From Eledone cirrhosa (Eukaryota), in assembly GCA_964016885.1 (NCBI GenBank), contig OZ024743.1, positions 183,768,001 through 183,832,000 on the forward strand: DNA of 64,000 nt, written 5' to 3'. Below are positions 51,500 to 64,000 of the stretch, in pieces. The position numbers and the translations under genes were made by a program. Within the stretch, counting starts at the first letter, position 1; each line of letters opens with the position of its first letter. The notes under the pieces are model-generated. The model was not told the DNA's origin and did not search any database. It worked only from the letters and a program-made list of their open reading frames with translations.

Positions 51500-54400
51500 A
51501 TGTTGGAGTGTGTATCGGTAGCAGTGAATAGACCAAGGATGTTGGAGTGTGTGGACTAAGGGTGTGATATAGGTAGCAGTGAGTAGACCAAGGGTGTGGT
51601 ATATGTTGGAATGTGTATAGGTAGCAGTGAGTAGACCAAGGGTGTGGTATATGTTGGAATGTGTATAGGTAGCAGTGAGTAGACCAAGGGTGTGGTATAT
51701 GTTGGAGTGTGTATAGGTAGCAGTGAGTAGACCAAGGGTGTGGTATATGTTGGAATGTGTATAGGTAGCAGTAAGTAGACCAAGGGTGTGGTATATGTTG
51801 GAGTGTGTATAGGTAGCAGTGGGTAGACCAAGGGTGTGGTATATGTTGGAGTGTGTATAGGTAGCAGTGAGTAGACCAAGGATGTTGGAGTGTGTGGACT
51901 AAGGGTGTGATATAGGTAGCAGTGAGTAGACCAAGGGTGTGGTATATGTTGGAGTGTGTATAGGTAGCAGTGAGTAGACCAAGGGTGTGGTATATGTTGG
52001 AATGTGTATAGGTAGCAGTGAGTAGACCAAGGGTGTGGTATATGTTGGAGTGTGTATAGGTAGCAGTGAGTAGACCAAGGGTGTGGTATATGTTGGAGTG
52101 TGTATAGGTAGCAGTGAGTAGACCAAGGGTGTGGTATATGTTGGAATGTGTATAGGTAGCAGTGAGTAGACCAAGGGTGTGGTATATGTTGGAATGTGTA
52201 TAGGTAGCAGTGAGTAGACCAAGGGTGTGGTATATGTTGGAGTGTGTATAGGTAGCAGTGAGTAGACCAAGGGTGTGGTATATGTTGGAGTGTGTATAGG
52301 TAGCAGTGAGTAGACCAAGGGTGTGGTATATGTTGGAATGTGTATAGGTAGCAGTGAGTAGACCAAGGGTGTGGTATATGTTGGAGTGTGTATAGGTAGC
52401 AGTGAGTAGACCAAGGGTGTGGTATATGTTGGAGTGTGTATAGGTAGCAGTGAGTAGACCAAGGGTGTGGTATATGTTGGAGTGTGTATAGGTAGCAGTG
52501 AGTAGACCAAGGGTGTGGTATATGTTGGAGTGTGTATAGGTAGCAGTGAGTAGACCAAGGGTGTGGTATATGTTGGAATGTGTATAGGTAGCAGTGAGTA
52601 GACCAAGGGTGTGGTATATGTTGGAATGTGTATAGGTAGCAGTGAGTAGACCAAGGGTGTGGTATATGTTGGAATGTGTATAGGTAGCAGTGAGTAGACC
52701 AAGGGTGTGGTATATGTTGGAATGTGTATAGGTAGCAGTAAGTAGACCAAGGGTGTGGTATATGTTGGAGTGTGTATAGGTAGCAGTAAGTAGACCAAGG
52801 GTGTGGTATATGTTGGAGTGTGTATAGGTAGCAGTAAGTAGACCAAGGGTGTGGTATATGTTGGAATGTGTATAGGTAGCAGTGAGTAGACCAAGGGTGT
52901 GGTATATGTTGGAGTGTGTATCGGTAGCAGTGAATAGACCAAGGGTGTGGTATATGTTGGAATGTGTATAGGTAGCAGTGGGTAGACCAAGGGTGTGGTA
53001 TATGTTGGAATGTGTATAGGTAGCAGTAAGTAGACCAAGGGTGTGGTATATGTTGGAGTGTGTATAGGTAGCAGTGAGTAGACCAAGGGTGTGGTATATG
53101 TTGGAGTGTGTATAGGTAGCAGTGAGTAGACCAAGGGTGTGGTATATGTTGGAGTGTGTATAGGTAGCAGTAAGTAGACCAAGGGTGTGGTATATGTTGG
53201 AGTGTGTATAGGTAGCAGTGAGTAGACCAAGGGTGTGGTATATGTTGGAGTGTGTATCGGTAGCAGTGAATAGACCAAGGGTGTGGTATATGTTGGAATG
53301 TGTATAGGTAGCAGTGAGTAGACCAAGGGTGTGGTATATGTTGGAATGTGTATAGGTAGCAGTGGGTAGACCAAGGGTGTGGTATATGTTGGAATGTGTA
53401 TAGGTAGCAGTAAGTAGACCAAGGGTGTGGTATATGTTGGAGTGTGTATAGGTAGCAGTAAGTAGACCAAGGGTGTGGTATATGTTGGAGTGTGTATAGG
53501 TAGCAGTGAGTAGACCAAGGGTGTGGTATATGTTGGAGTGTGTATCGGTAGCAGTAAGTAGACCAAGGGTGTGGTATATGTTGGAGTGTGTATAGGTAGC
53601 AGTAAGTAGACCAAGGGTGTGGTATATGTTGGAGTGTGTATAGGTAGCAGTAAGTAGACCAAGGGTGTGGTATATGTTGGAGTGTGTATCGGTAGCAGTG
53701 AGTAGACCAAGGGTGTGGTATATGTTGGAGTGTGTATCGGTAGCAGTGAATAGACCAAGGGTGTGGTATATGTTGGAATGTGTATAGGTAGCAGTGGGTA
53801 GACCAAGGGTGTGGTATATGTTGGAATGTGTATAGGTAGCAGTAAGTAGACCAAGGGTGTGGTATATGTTGGAGTGTGTATAGGTAGCAGTAAGTAGACC
53901 AAGGGTGTGGTATATGTTGGAGTGTGTATAGGTAGCAGTGAGTAGACCAAGGGTGTGGTATATGTTGGAGTGTGTATCGGTAGCAGTGAATAGACCAAGG
54001 GTGTGGTATATGTTGGAATGTGTATAGGTAGCAGTGGGTAGACCAAGGGTGTGGTATATGTTGGAATGTGTATAGGTAGCAGTAAGTAGACCAAGGGTGT
54101 GGTATATGTTGGAGTGTGTATAGGTAGCAGTGAGTAGACCAAGGGTGTGGTATATGTTGGAGTGTGTATAGGTAGCAGTGAGTAGACCAAGGGTGTGGTA
54201 TATGTTGGAGTGTGTATAGGTAGCAGTGGGTAGACCAAGGGTGTGGTATATGTTGGAGTGTGTATAGGTAGCAGTAAGTAGACCAAGGGTGTGGTATATG
54301 TTGGAGTGTGTATAGGTAGCAGTGAGTAGACCAAGGGTGTGGTATATGTTGGAATGTGTATAGGTAGCAGTGAGTAGACCAAGGGTGTGGTATATGTTGG

Positions 54401-57400
54401 AATGTGTATAGGTAGCAGTAAGTAGACCAAGGGTGTGGTATATGTTGGAGTGTGTATAGGTAGCAGTAAGTAGACCAAGGGTGTGGTATATGTTGGAGTG
54501 TGTATAGGTAGCAGTAAGTAGACCAAGGGTGTGGTATATGTTGGAGTGTGTATAGGTAGCAGTAAGTAGACCAAGGGTGTGGTATATGTTGGAATGTGTA
54601 TAGGTAGCAGTGAGTAGACCAAGGGTGTGGTATATGTTGGAATGTGTATAGGTAGCAGTGAGTAGACCAAGGGTGTGGTATATGTTGGAATGTGTATAGG
54701 TAGCAGTAAGTAGACCAAGGGTGTGGTATATGTTGGAGTGTGTATAGGTAGCAGTGGGTAGACCAAGGGTGTGGTATATGTTGGAGTGTGTATAGGTAGC
54801 AGTAAGTAGACCAAGGGTGTGGTATATGTTGGAGTGTGTATAGGTAGCAGTAAGTAGACCAAGGGTGTGGTATATGTTGGAGTGTGTATAGGTAGCAGTA
54901 AGTAGACCAAGGGTGTGGTATATGTTGGAGTGTGTATAGGTAGCAGTGAGTAGACCAAGGGTGTGGTATATGTTGGAGTGTGTATAGGTAGCAGTGAATA
55001 GACCAAGGGTGTGGTATATGTTGGAATGTGTATAGGTAGCAGTGGGTAGACCAAGGGTGTGGTATATGTTGGAATGTGTATAGGTAGCAGTGGGTAGACC
55101 AAGGGTGTGGTATATGTTGGAGTGTGTATAGGTAGCAGTAAGTAGACCAAGGGTGTGGTATATGTTGGAGTGTGTATAGGTAGCAGTGAGTAGACCAAGG
55201 GTGTGGTATATGTTGGAGTGTGTATAGGTAGCAGTGAATAGACCAAGGGTGTGGTATATGTTGGAATGTGTATAGGTAGCAGTGGGTAGACCAAGGGTGT
55301 GGTATATGTTGGAATGTGTATAGGTAGCAGTGGGTAGACCAAGGGTGTGGTATATGTTGGAGTGTGTATAGGTAGCAGTAAGTAGACCAAGGGTGTGGTA
55401 TATGTTGGAGTGTGTATAGGTAGCAGTAAGTAGACCAAGGGTGTGGTATATGTTGGAGTGTGTATAGGTAGCAGTGAGTAGACCAAGGGTGTGGTATATG
55501 TTGGAATGTGTATAGGTAGCAGTGAGTAGACCAAGGGTGTGGTATATGTTGGAGTGTGTATAGGTAGCAGTGAGTAGACCAAGGGTGTGGTATATGTTGG
55601 AATGTGTATAGGTAGCAGTAAGTAGACCAAGGGTGTGGTATATGTTGGAATGTGTATAGGTAGCAGTGAGTAGACCAAGGGTGTGGTATATGTTGGAATG
55701 TGTATAGGTAGCAGTAAGTAGACCAAGGGTGTGGTATATGTTGGAGTGTGTATAGGTAGCAGTGGGTAGACCAAGGGTGTGGTATATGTTGGAGTGTGTA
55801 TAGGTAGCAGTGAGTAGACCAAGGGTGTGGTATATGTTGGAATGTGTATAGGTAGCAGTGAGTAGACCAAGGGTGTGGTATATGTTGGAATGTGTATAGG
55901 TAGCAGTAAGTAGACCAAGGGTGTGGTATATGTTGGAGTGTGTATAGGTAGCAGTAAGTAGACCAAGGGTGTGGTATATGTTGGAATGTGTATAGGTAGC
56001 AGTAAGTAGACCAAGGGTGTGGTATATGATGGAGTGTGTATAGGTAGCAGTGAGTAGACCAAGGGTGTGGTATATGTTGGAATGTGTATAGGTAGCAGTG
56101 GGTAGACCAAGGGTGTGGTATATGTTGGAGTGTGTATAGGTAGCAGTGAATAGACCAAGGGTGTGGTATATGTTGGAGTGTGTATAGGTAGCAGTAAGTA
56201 GACCAAGGGTGTGGTATATGTTGGAATGTGTATAGGTAGCAGTGAATAGACCAAGGGTGTGGTATATGTTGGAATGTGTATAGGTAGCAGTAAGTAGACC
56301 AAGGGTGTGGTATATGTTGGAGTGTGTATAGGTAGCAGTGAGTAGACCAAGGGTGTGGTATATGTTGGAGTGTGTATAGGTAGCAGTGAATAGACCAAGG
56401 GTGTGGTATATGTTGGAATGTGTATAGGTAGCAGTAAGTAGACCAAGGGTGTGGTATATGTTGGAGTGTGTATAGGTAGCAGTGAGTAGACCAAGGGTGT
56501 GGTATATGTTGGAATGTGTATAGGTAGCAGTAAGTAGACCAAGGGTGTGGTATATGTTGGAGTGTGTATAGGTAGCAGTGAGTAGACCAAGGGTGTGGTA
56601 TATGTTGGAGTGTGTATAGGTAGCAGTGAATAGACCAAGGGTGTGGTATATGTTGGAATGTGTATAGGTAGCAGTAAGTAGACCAAGGGTGTGGTATATG
56701 TTGGAGTGTGTATAGGTAGCAGTGAGTAGACCAAGGGTGTGGTATATGTTGGAGTGTGTATAGGTAGCAGTGAATAGACCAAGGGTGTGGTATATGTTGG
56801 AATGTGTATAGGTAGCAGTAAGTAGACCAAGGGTGTGGTATATGTTGGAGTGTGTATAGGTAGCAGTGGGTAGACCAAGGGTGTGGTATATGTTGGAATG
56901 TGTATAGGTAGCAGTGGGTAGACCAAGGGTGTGGTATATGTTGGAATGTGTATAGGTAGCAGTGAGTAGACCAAGGGTGTGGTATATGTTGGAGTGTGTA
57001 TAGGTAGCAGTGGGTAGACCAAGGGTGTGGTATATGTTGGAATGTGTATAGGTAGCAGTGGGTAGACCAAGGGTGTGGTATATGTTGGAATGTGTATAGG
57101 TAGCAGTGAGTAGACCAAGGGTGTGGTATATGTTGGAGTGTGTATAGGTAGCAGTGGGTAGACCAAGGGTGTGGTATATGTTGGAGTGTGTATAGGTAGC
57201 AGTAAGTAGACCAAGGGTGTGGTATATGTTGGAGTGTGTATAGGTAGCAGTGAGTAGACCAAGGGTGTGGTATATGTTGGAGTGTGTATAGGTAGCAGTA
57301 AGTAGACCAAGGGTGTGGTATATGTTGGAGTGTGTATAGGTAGCAGTGAATAGACCAAGGGTGTGGTATATGTTGGAATGTGTATAGGTAGCAGTGGGTA

Positions 57401-60400
57401 GACCAAGGGTGTGGTATATGTTGGAGTGTGTATAGGTAGCAGTGAATAGACCAAGGGTGTGGTATATGTTGGAATGTGTATAGGTAGCAGTGAGTAGACC
57501 AAGGGTGTGGTATATGTTGGAATGTGTATAGGTAGCAGTGGGTAGACCAAGGGTGTGGTATATGTTGGAATGTGTATAGGTAGCAGTGAGTAGACCAAGG
57601 GTGTGGTATATGTTGGAATGTGTATAGGTAGCAGTGAGTAGACCAAGGGTGTGGTATATGTTGGAGTGTGTATCGGTAGCAGTGAGTAGACCAAGGGTGT
57701 GGTATATGTTGGAATGTGTATAGGTAGCAGTAAGTAGACCAAGGGTGTGGTATAAGTTGGAGTGTGTATAGGTAGCAGTGGGTAGACCAAGGGTGTGGTA
57801 TATGTTGGAGTGTGTATAGGTAGCAGTGAGTAGACCAAGGGTGTGGTATATGTTGGAATGTGTATAGGTAGCAGTAAGTAGACCAAGGGTGTGGTATATG
57901 TTGGAGTGTGTATAGGTAGCAGTAAGTAGACCAAGGGTGTGGTATATGTTGGAATGTGTATAGGTAGCAGTGGGTAGACCAAGGGTGTGGTATATGTTGG
58001 AATGTGTATAGGTAGCAGTAAGTAGACCAAGGGTGTGGTATATGTTGGAATGTGTATAGGTAGCAGTGGGTAGACCAAGGGTGTGGTATATGTTGGAATG
58101 TGTATAGGTAGCAGTGGGTAGACCAAGGGTGTGGTATATGTTGGAATGTGTATCGGTAGCAGTAAGTAGACCAAGGGTGTGGTATATGTTGGAGTGTGTA
58201 TAGGTAGCAGTGGGTAGACCAAGGGTGTGGTATATGTTGGAGTGTGTATAGGTAGCAGTGAGTAGACCAAGGGTGTGGTATATGTTGGAGTGTGTATAGG
58301 TAGCAGTAAGTAGACCAAGGGTGTGGTATATGTTGGAGTGTGTATAGGTAGCAGTAAGTAGACCAAGGGTGTGGTATATGTTGGAGTGTGTATAGGTAGC
58401 AGTGAGTAGACCAAGGGTGTGGTATATGTTGGAATGTGTATAGGTAGCAGTGAGTAGACCAAGGGTGTGGTATATGTTGGAGTGTGTATCGGTAGCAGTG
58501 AATAGACCAAGGGTGTGGTATATGTTGGAATGTGTATAGGTAGCAGTGAGTAGACCAAGGGTGTGGTATATGTTGGAATGTGTATAGGTAGCAGTGGGTA
58601 GACCAAGGGTGTGGTATATGTTGGAATGTGTATAGGTAGCAGTGAGTAGACCAAGGGTGTGGTATATGTTGGAATGTGTATAGGTAGCAGTGAGTAGACC
58701 AAGGGTGTGGTATATGTTGGAATGTGTATAGGTAGCAGTGAGTAGACCAAGGGTGTGGTATATGTTGGAATGTGTATAGGTAGCAGTAAGTAGACCAAGG
58801 GTGTGGTATATGTTGGAGTGTGTATAGGTAGCAGTGAGTAGACCAAGGGTGTGGTATATGTTGGAATGTGTATAGGTAGCAGTGGGTAGACCAAGGGTGT
58901 GGTATATGTTGGAGTGTGTATCGGTAGCAGTGAATAAACCAAGGGTGTGGTATATGTTGGAATGTGTATAGGTAGCAGTGAGTAGACCAAGGGTGTGGTA
59001 TATGTTGGAGTGTGTATAGGTAGCAGTGGGTAGACCAAGGGTGTGGTATAAGTTGGAGTGTGTATAGGTAGCAGTGGGTAGACCAAGGGTGTGGTATATG
59101 TTGGAGTGTGTATAGGTAGCAGTGAGTAGACCAAGGGTGTGGTATATGTTGGAATGTGTATAGGTAGCAGTAAGTAGACCAAGGGTGTGGTATATGTTGG
59201 AGTGTGTATAGGTAGCAGTGAGTAGACCAAGGGTGTGGTATATGTTGGAGTGTGTATAGGTAGCAGTAAGTAGACCAAGGGTGTGGTATATGTTGGAGTG
59301 TGTATAGGTAGCAGTAAGTAGACCAAGGGTGTGGTATATGTTGGAATGTGTATAGGTAGCAGTGGGTAGACCAAGGGTGTGGTATATGTTGGAATGTGTA
59401 TAGGTAGCAGTAAGTAGACCAAGGGTGTGGTATATGTTGGAATGTGTATAGGTAGCAGTGGGTAGACCAAGGGTGTGGTATATGTTGGAATGTGTATAGG
59501 TAGCAGTGGGTAGACCAAGGGTGTGGTATATGTATAGGTAGCAGTAAGTAGACCAAGGGTGTGGTATATGTTGGAGTGTGTATAGGTAGCAGTGAGTAGA
59601 CCAAGGGTGTGGTATATGTTGGAGTGTGTATAGGTAGCAGTAAGTAGACCAAGGGTGTGGTATATGTTGGAGTGTGTATAGGTAGCAGTAAGTAGACCAA
59701 GGGTGTGGTATATGTTGGAGTGTGTATAGGTAGCAGTGAGTAGACCAAGGGTGTGGTATATGTTGGAGTGTGTATAGGTAGCAGTAAGTAGACCAAGGGT
59801 GTGGTATATGTTGGAGTGTGTATAGGTAGCAGTAAGTAGACCAAGGGTGTGGTATATGTTGGAGTGTGTATAGGTAGCAGTGGGTAGACCAAGGGTGTGG
59901 TATATGTTGGAATGTGTATAGGTAGCAGTGGGTAGACCAAGGGTGTGGTATATGTTGGAATGTGTATAGGTAGCAGTAAGTAGACCAATGGTGTGGTATA
60001 TGTTGGAATGTGTATAGGTAGCAGTGGGTAGACCAAGGGTGTGGTATATGTTGGAATGTGTATAGGTAGCAGTGGGTAGACCAAGGGTGTGGTATATGTT
60101 GGAATGTGTATAGGTAGCAGTGAGTAGACCAAGGGTGTGGTATATGTTGGAGTGTGTATAGGTAGCAGTAAGTAGACCAAGGGTGTGGTATATGTTGGAG
60201 TGTGTATAGGTAGCAGTAAGTAGACCAAGGGTGTGGTATATGTTGGAGTGTGTATAGGTAGCAGTAAGTAGACCAAGGGTGTGGTATATGTTGGAGTGTG
60301 TATAGGTAGCAGTAAGTAGACCAAGGGTGTGGTATATGTTGGAGTGTGTATAGGTAGCAGTAAGTAGACCAAGGGTGTGGTATATGTTGGAATGTGTATA

Positions 60401-63400
60401 GGTAGCAGTGGGTAGACCAAGTGTGTGGTATATGTTGGAATGTGTATAGGTAGCAGTAAGTAGACCAAGGGTGTGGTATATGTTGGAGTGTGTATAGGTA
60501 GCAGTGAGTAGACCAAGGGTGTGGTATATGTTGGAGTGTGTATAGGTAGCAGTGAGTAGACCAAGGGTGTGGTATATGTTGGAGTGTGTATAGGTAGCAG
60601 TGAGTAGACCAAGGGTGTGGTATATGTTGGAATGTGTATAGGTAGCAGTGGGTAGACCAAGGGTGTGGTATATGTTGGAGTGTGTATCGGTAGCAGTGAA
60701 TAGACCAAGGGTGTGGTATATGTTGGAATGTGTATAGGTAGCAGTGAGTAGACCAAGGGTGTGGTATATGTTGGAATGTGTATAGGTAGCAGTGGGTAGA
60801 CCAAGGGTGTGGTATAAGTTGGAGTGTGTATAGGTAGCAGTGGGTAGACCAAGGGTGTGGTATATGTTGGAGTGTGTATAGGTAGCAGTGAGTAGACCAA
60901 GGGTGTGGTATATGTTGGAATGTGTATAGGTAGCAGTAAGTAGACCAAGGGTGTGGTATATGTTGGAGTGTGTATAGGTAGCAGTAAGTAGACCAAGGGT
61001 GTGGTATATGTTGGAATGTGTATAGGTAGCAGTGGGTAGACCAAGTGTGTGGTATATGTTGGAATGTGTATAGGTAGCAGTAAGTAGACCAAGGGTGTGG
61101 TATATGTTGGAATGTGTATAGGTAGCAGTGGGTAGACCAAGGGTGTGGTATATGTTGGAATGTGTATAGGTAGCAGTGGGTAGACCAAGGGTGTGGTATA
61201 TGTTGGAATGTGTATAGGTAGCAGTAAGTAGACCAAGGGTGTGGTATATGTTGGAGTGTGTATAGGTAGCAGTAAGTAGACCAAGGGTGTGGTATATGTT
61301 GGAGTGTGTATAGGTAGCAGTGAGTAGACCAAGGGTGTGGTATATGTTGGAATGTGTATAGGTAGCAGTGAGTAGACCAAGGGTGTGGTATATGTTGGAG
61401 TGTGTATCGGTAGCAGTGAATAGACCAAGGGTGTGGTATATGTTGGAATGTGTATAGGTAGCAGTGAGTAGACCAAGGGTGTGGTATATGTTGGAATGTG
61501 TATAGGTAGCAGTGGGTAGACCAAGGGTGTGGTATAAGTTGGAGTGTGTATAGGTAGCAGTGGGTAGACCAAGGGTGTGGTATATGTTGGAGTGTGTATA
61601 GGTAGCAGTGAGTAGACCAAGGGTGTGGTATATGTTGGAATGTGTATAGGTAGCAGTAAGTAGACCAAGGGTGTGGTATATGTTGGAGTGTGTATAGGTA
61701 GCAGTAAGTAGACCAAGGGTGTGGTATATGTTGGAATGTGTATAGGTAGCAGTGGGTAGACCAAGGGTGTGGTATATGTTGGAATGTGTATAGGTAGCAG
61801 TGGGTAGACCAAGGGTGTGGTATATGTTGGAATGTGTATAGGTAGCAGTAAGTAGACCAAGGGTGTGGTATATGTTGGAATGTGTATAGGTAGCAGTGGG
61901 TAGACCAAGGGTGTGGTATATGTTGGAATGTGTATAGGTAGCAGTGAGTAGACCAAGGGTGTGGTATATGTTGGAATGTGTATAGGTAGCAGTAAGTAGA
62001 CCAAGGGTGTGGTATATGTTGGAATGTGTATAGGTAGCAGTGAGTAGACCAAGGGTGTGGTATATGTTGGAGTGTGTATAGGTAGCAGTGGGTAGACCAA
62101 GGGTGTGGTATATGTTGGAGTGTGTATAGGTAGCAGTGGGTAGACCAAGGGTGTGGTATATGTTGGAATGTGTATAGGTAGCAGTAAGTAGACCAAGGGT
62201 GTGGTATATGTTGGAATGTGTATAGGTAGCAGTGGGTAGACCAAGGGTGTGGTATATGTTGGAATGTGTATAGGTAGCAGTGGGTAGACCAAGGGTGTGG
62301 TATATGTTGGAATGTGTATAGGTAGCAGTGAGTAGACCAAGGGTGTGGTATATGTTGGAGTGTGTATAGGTAGCAGTAAGTAGACCAAGGGTGTGGTATA
62401 TGTTGGAGTGTGTATAGGTAGCAGTAAGTAGACCAAGGGTGTGGTATATGTTGGAGTGTGTATAGGTAGCAGTGAGTAGACCAAGGGTGTGGTATAAGTT
62501 GGAATGTGTATAGGTAGCAGTAAGTAGACCAAGGGTGTGGTATATGTTGGAGTGTGTATAGGTAGCAGTGAGTAGACCAAGGGTGTGGTATATGTTGGAA
62601 TGTGTATAGGTAGCAGTGGGTAGACCAAGGGTGTGGTATATGTTGGAATGTGTATAGGTAGCAGTAAGTAGACCAAGGGTGTGGTATATGTTGGAGTGTG
62701 TATAGGTAGCAGTGTGTAGACCAAGTGTGTGGTATAAGTTGGAATGTGTATAGGTAGCAGTAAGTAGACCAAGGGTGTGGTATATGTTGGAGTGTGTATA
62801 GGTAGCAGTGAGTAGACCAAGGGTGTGGTATATGTTGGAATGTGTATAGGTAGCAGTGGGTAGACCAAGGGTGTGGTATATGTTGGAATGTGTATAGGTA
62901 GCAGTGGGTAGACCAAGGGTGTGGTATATGTTGGAATGTGTATAGGTAGCAGTGGGTAGACCAAGGGTGTGGTATATGTTGGAATGTGTATAGGTAGCAG
63001 TGGGTAGACCAAGGGTGTGCTATATGTTGGAATGTGTATAGGTAGCAGTGAGTAGACCAAGGATGTGGTATATGTTGGAATGTGTATAGGTAGCAGTGGG
63101 TAGACCAAGGGTGTGGTATATGTTGGAATGTGTATAGGTAGCAGTGAATAGACCAAGGGTGTGGTATATGTTGGAATGTGTATAGGTAGCAGTGGGTAGA
63201 CCAAGGGTGTGGTATATGTTGGAATGTGTATAGGTAGCAGTGAGTAGACCAAGGGTGTGGTATATGTTGGAATGTGTATAGGTAGCAGTGAGTAGACCAA
63301 GGGTGTGGTATATGTTGGAATGTGTATAGGTAGCAGTGGGTAGACCAAGGGTGTGGTATATGTTGGAGTGTGTATAGGTAGCAGTGAGTAGACCAAGGGT

Positions 63401-64000
63401 GTGGTATATGTTGGAGTGTGTATAGGTAGCAGTGAGTAGACCAAGGGTGTGGTATATGTTGGAATGTGTATAGGTAGCAGTGGGTAGACCAAGGGTGTGG
63501 TATATGTTGGAGTGTGTATAGGTAGCAGTAAGTAGACCAAGGGTGTGGTATAAGTTGGAGTGTGTATAGGTAGCAGTGGGTAGACCAAGGGTGTGGTATA
63601 TGTTGGAATGTGTATAGGTAGCAGTGGGTAGACCAAGGGTGTGGTATATGTTGGAATGTGTATAGGTAGCAGTGAGTAGACCAAGGGTGTGGTATATGTT
63701 GGAATGTGTAAAGGTAGCAGTGAGTAGACCAAGGGTGTGGTATATGTTGGAGTGTGTATAGGTAGCAGTAAGTAGACCAAGGGTGTGGTATAAGTTGGAG
63801 TGTGTATAGGTAGCAGTGGGTAGACTAAGGGTGTGGTATATGTTGGAGTGTGTATAGGTAGCAGTAAGTAGACCAAGGGTGTGGTATAAGTTGGAGTGTG
63901 TATAGGTAGCAGTGGGTAGACCAAGGGTGTGGTATATGTTGGAATGTGTACAGGTAGCAGTGAGTAGACCAAGGGTGTGGTATATGTTGGAGTGTGTATA
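51500..64000. repeat. 48-bp G/T-rich satellite (GTGTGGTATATGTTGGA[A/G]TGTGTATAGGTAGCAGT[G/A][A/G]GTAGACCAAGG), ~260 copies, runs off the right edge
   Basis: Direct; one 10-bp deletion at ~59531. Confidence 0.99.

Noticed and set aside
51556-63972. 4138-aa and 2539-aa minus-strand ORFs as real proteins
   Set aside because: Pure 48-bp satellite. All three frames of that strand lack stops by composition, a 10-bp deletion at ~59531 swaps frames without consequence, and there is no ATG start or unique domain.
51500-64000. Telomeric repeat array
   Set aside because: G/T strand bias is present but there are no TTAGGG tandem runs.

Overview
Eukaryotic, AT-rich, repeat-dense DNA. The SINE types, RTE/CR1/Penelope relics and (TA)/(GAT) microsatellites suggest a cephalopod such as Octopus (inference). 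About two-thirds of the window is tandem satellite: a 23-bp array (1-25290, with an exact 6907-bp internal tandem duplication), a 58-bp array (32505-35977), a 28-bp array (39792-41275) and a 48-bp array (51500 to the end). The giant minus-strand ORFs in the 48-bp array are compositional artefacts. The only convincing host coding sequence is a 1.7-kb terminal exon (28087-29813) resembling the C-terminal tail of a Numb-associated kinase (BMP2K/AAK1/Nak family). The most striking non-coding feature lies ~1.2 kb past its stop codon: a near-perfect 358-bp palindrome (31046-31403) in which each arm encodes a complete minimal type I hammerhead ribozyme of the Penelope type, one per strand. On the gene strand the predicted cleavage site overlaps an AATAAA. 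Other elements are a decayed Penelope RT/GIY-YIG fragment, two tandem TTAA-flanked piggyBac-like MITEs with a nested RTE LINE (11-bp TSD), a 26-bp retroposed tail with a 19-bp TSD, same-orientation SINE clusters and a ~660-bp foldback element.
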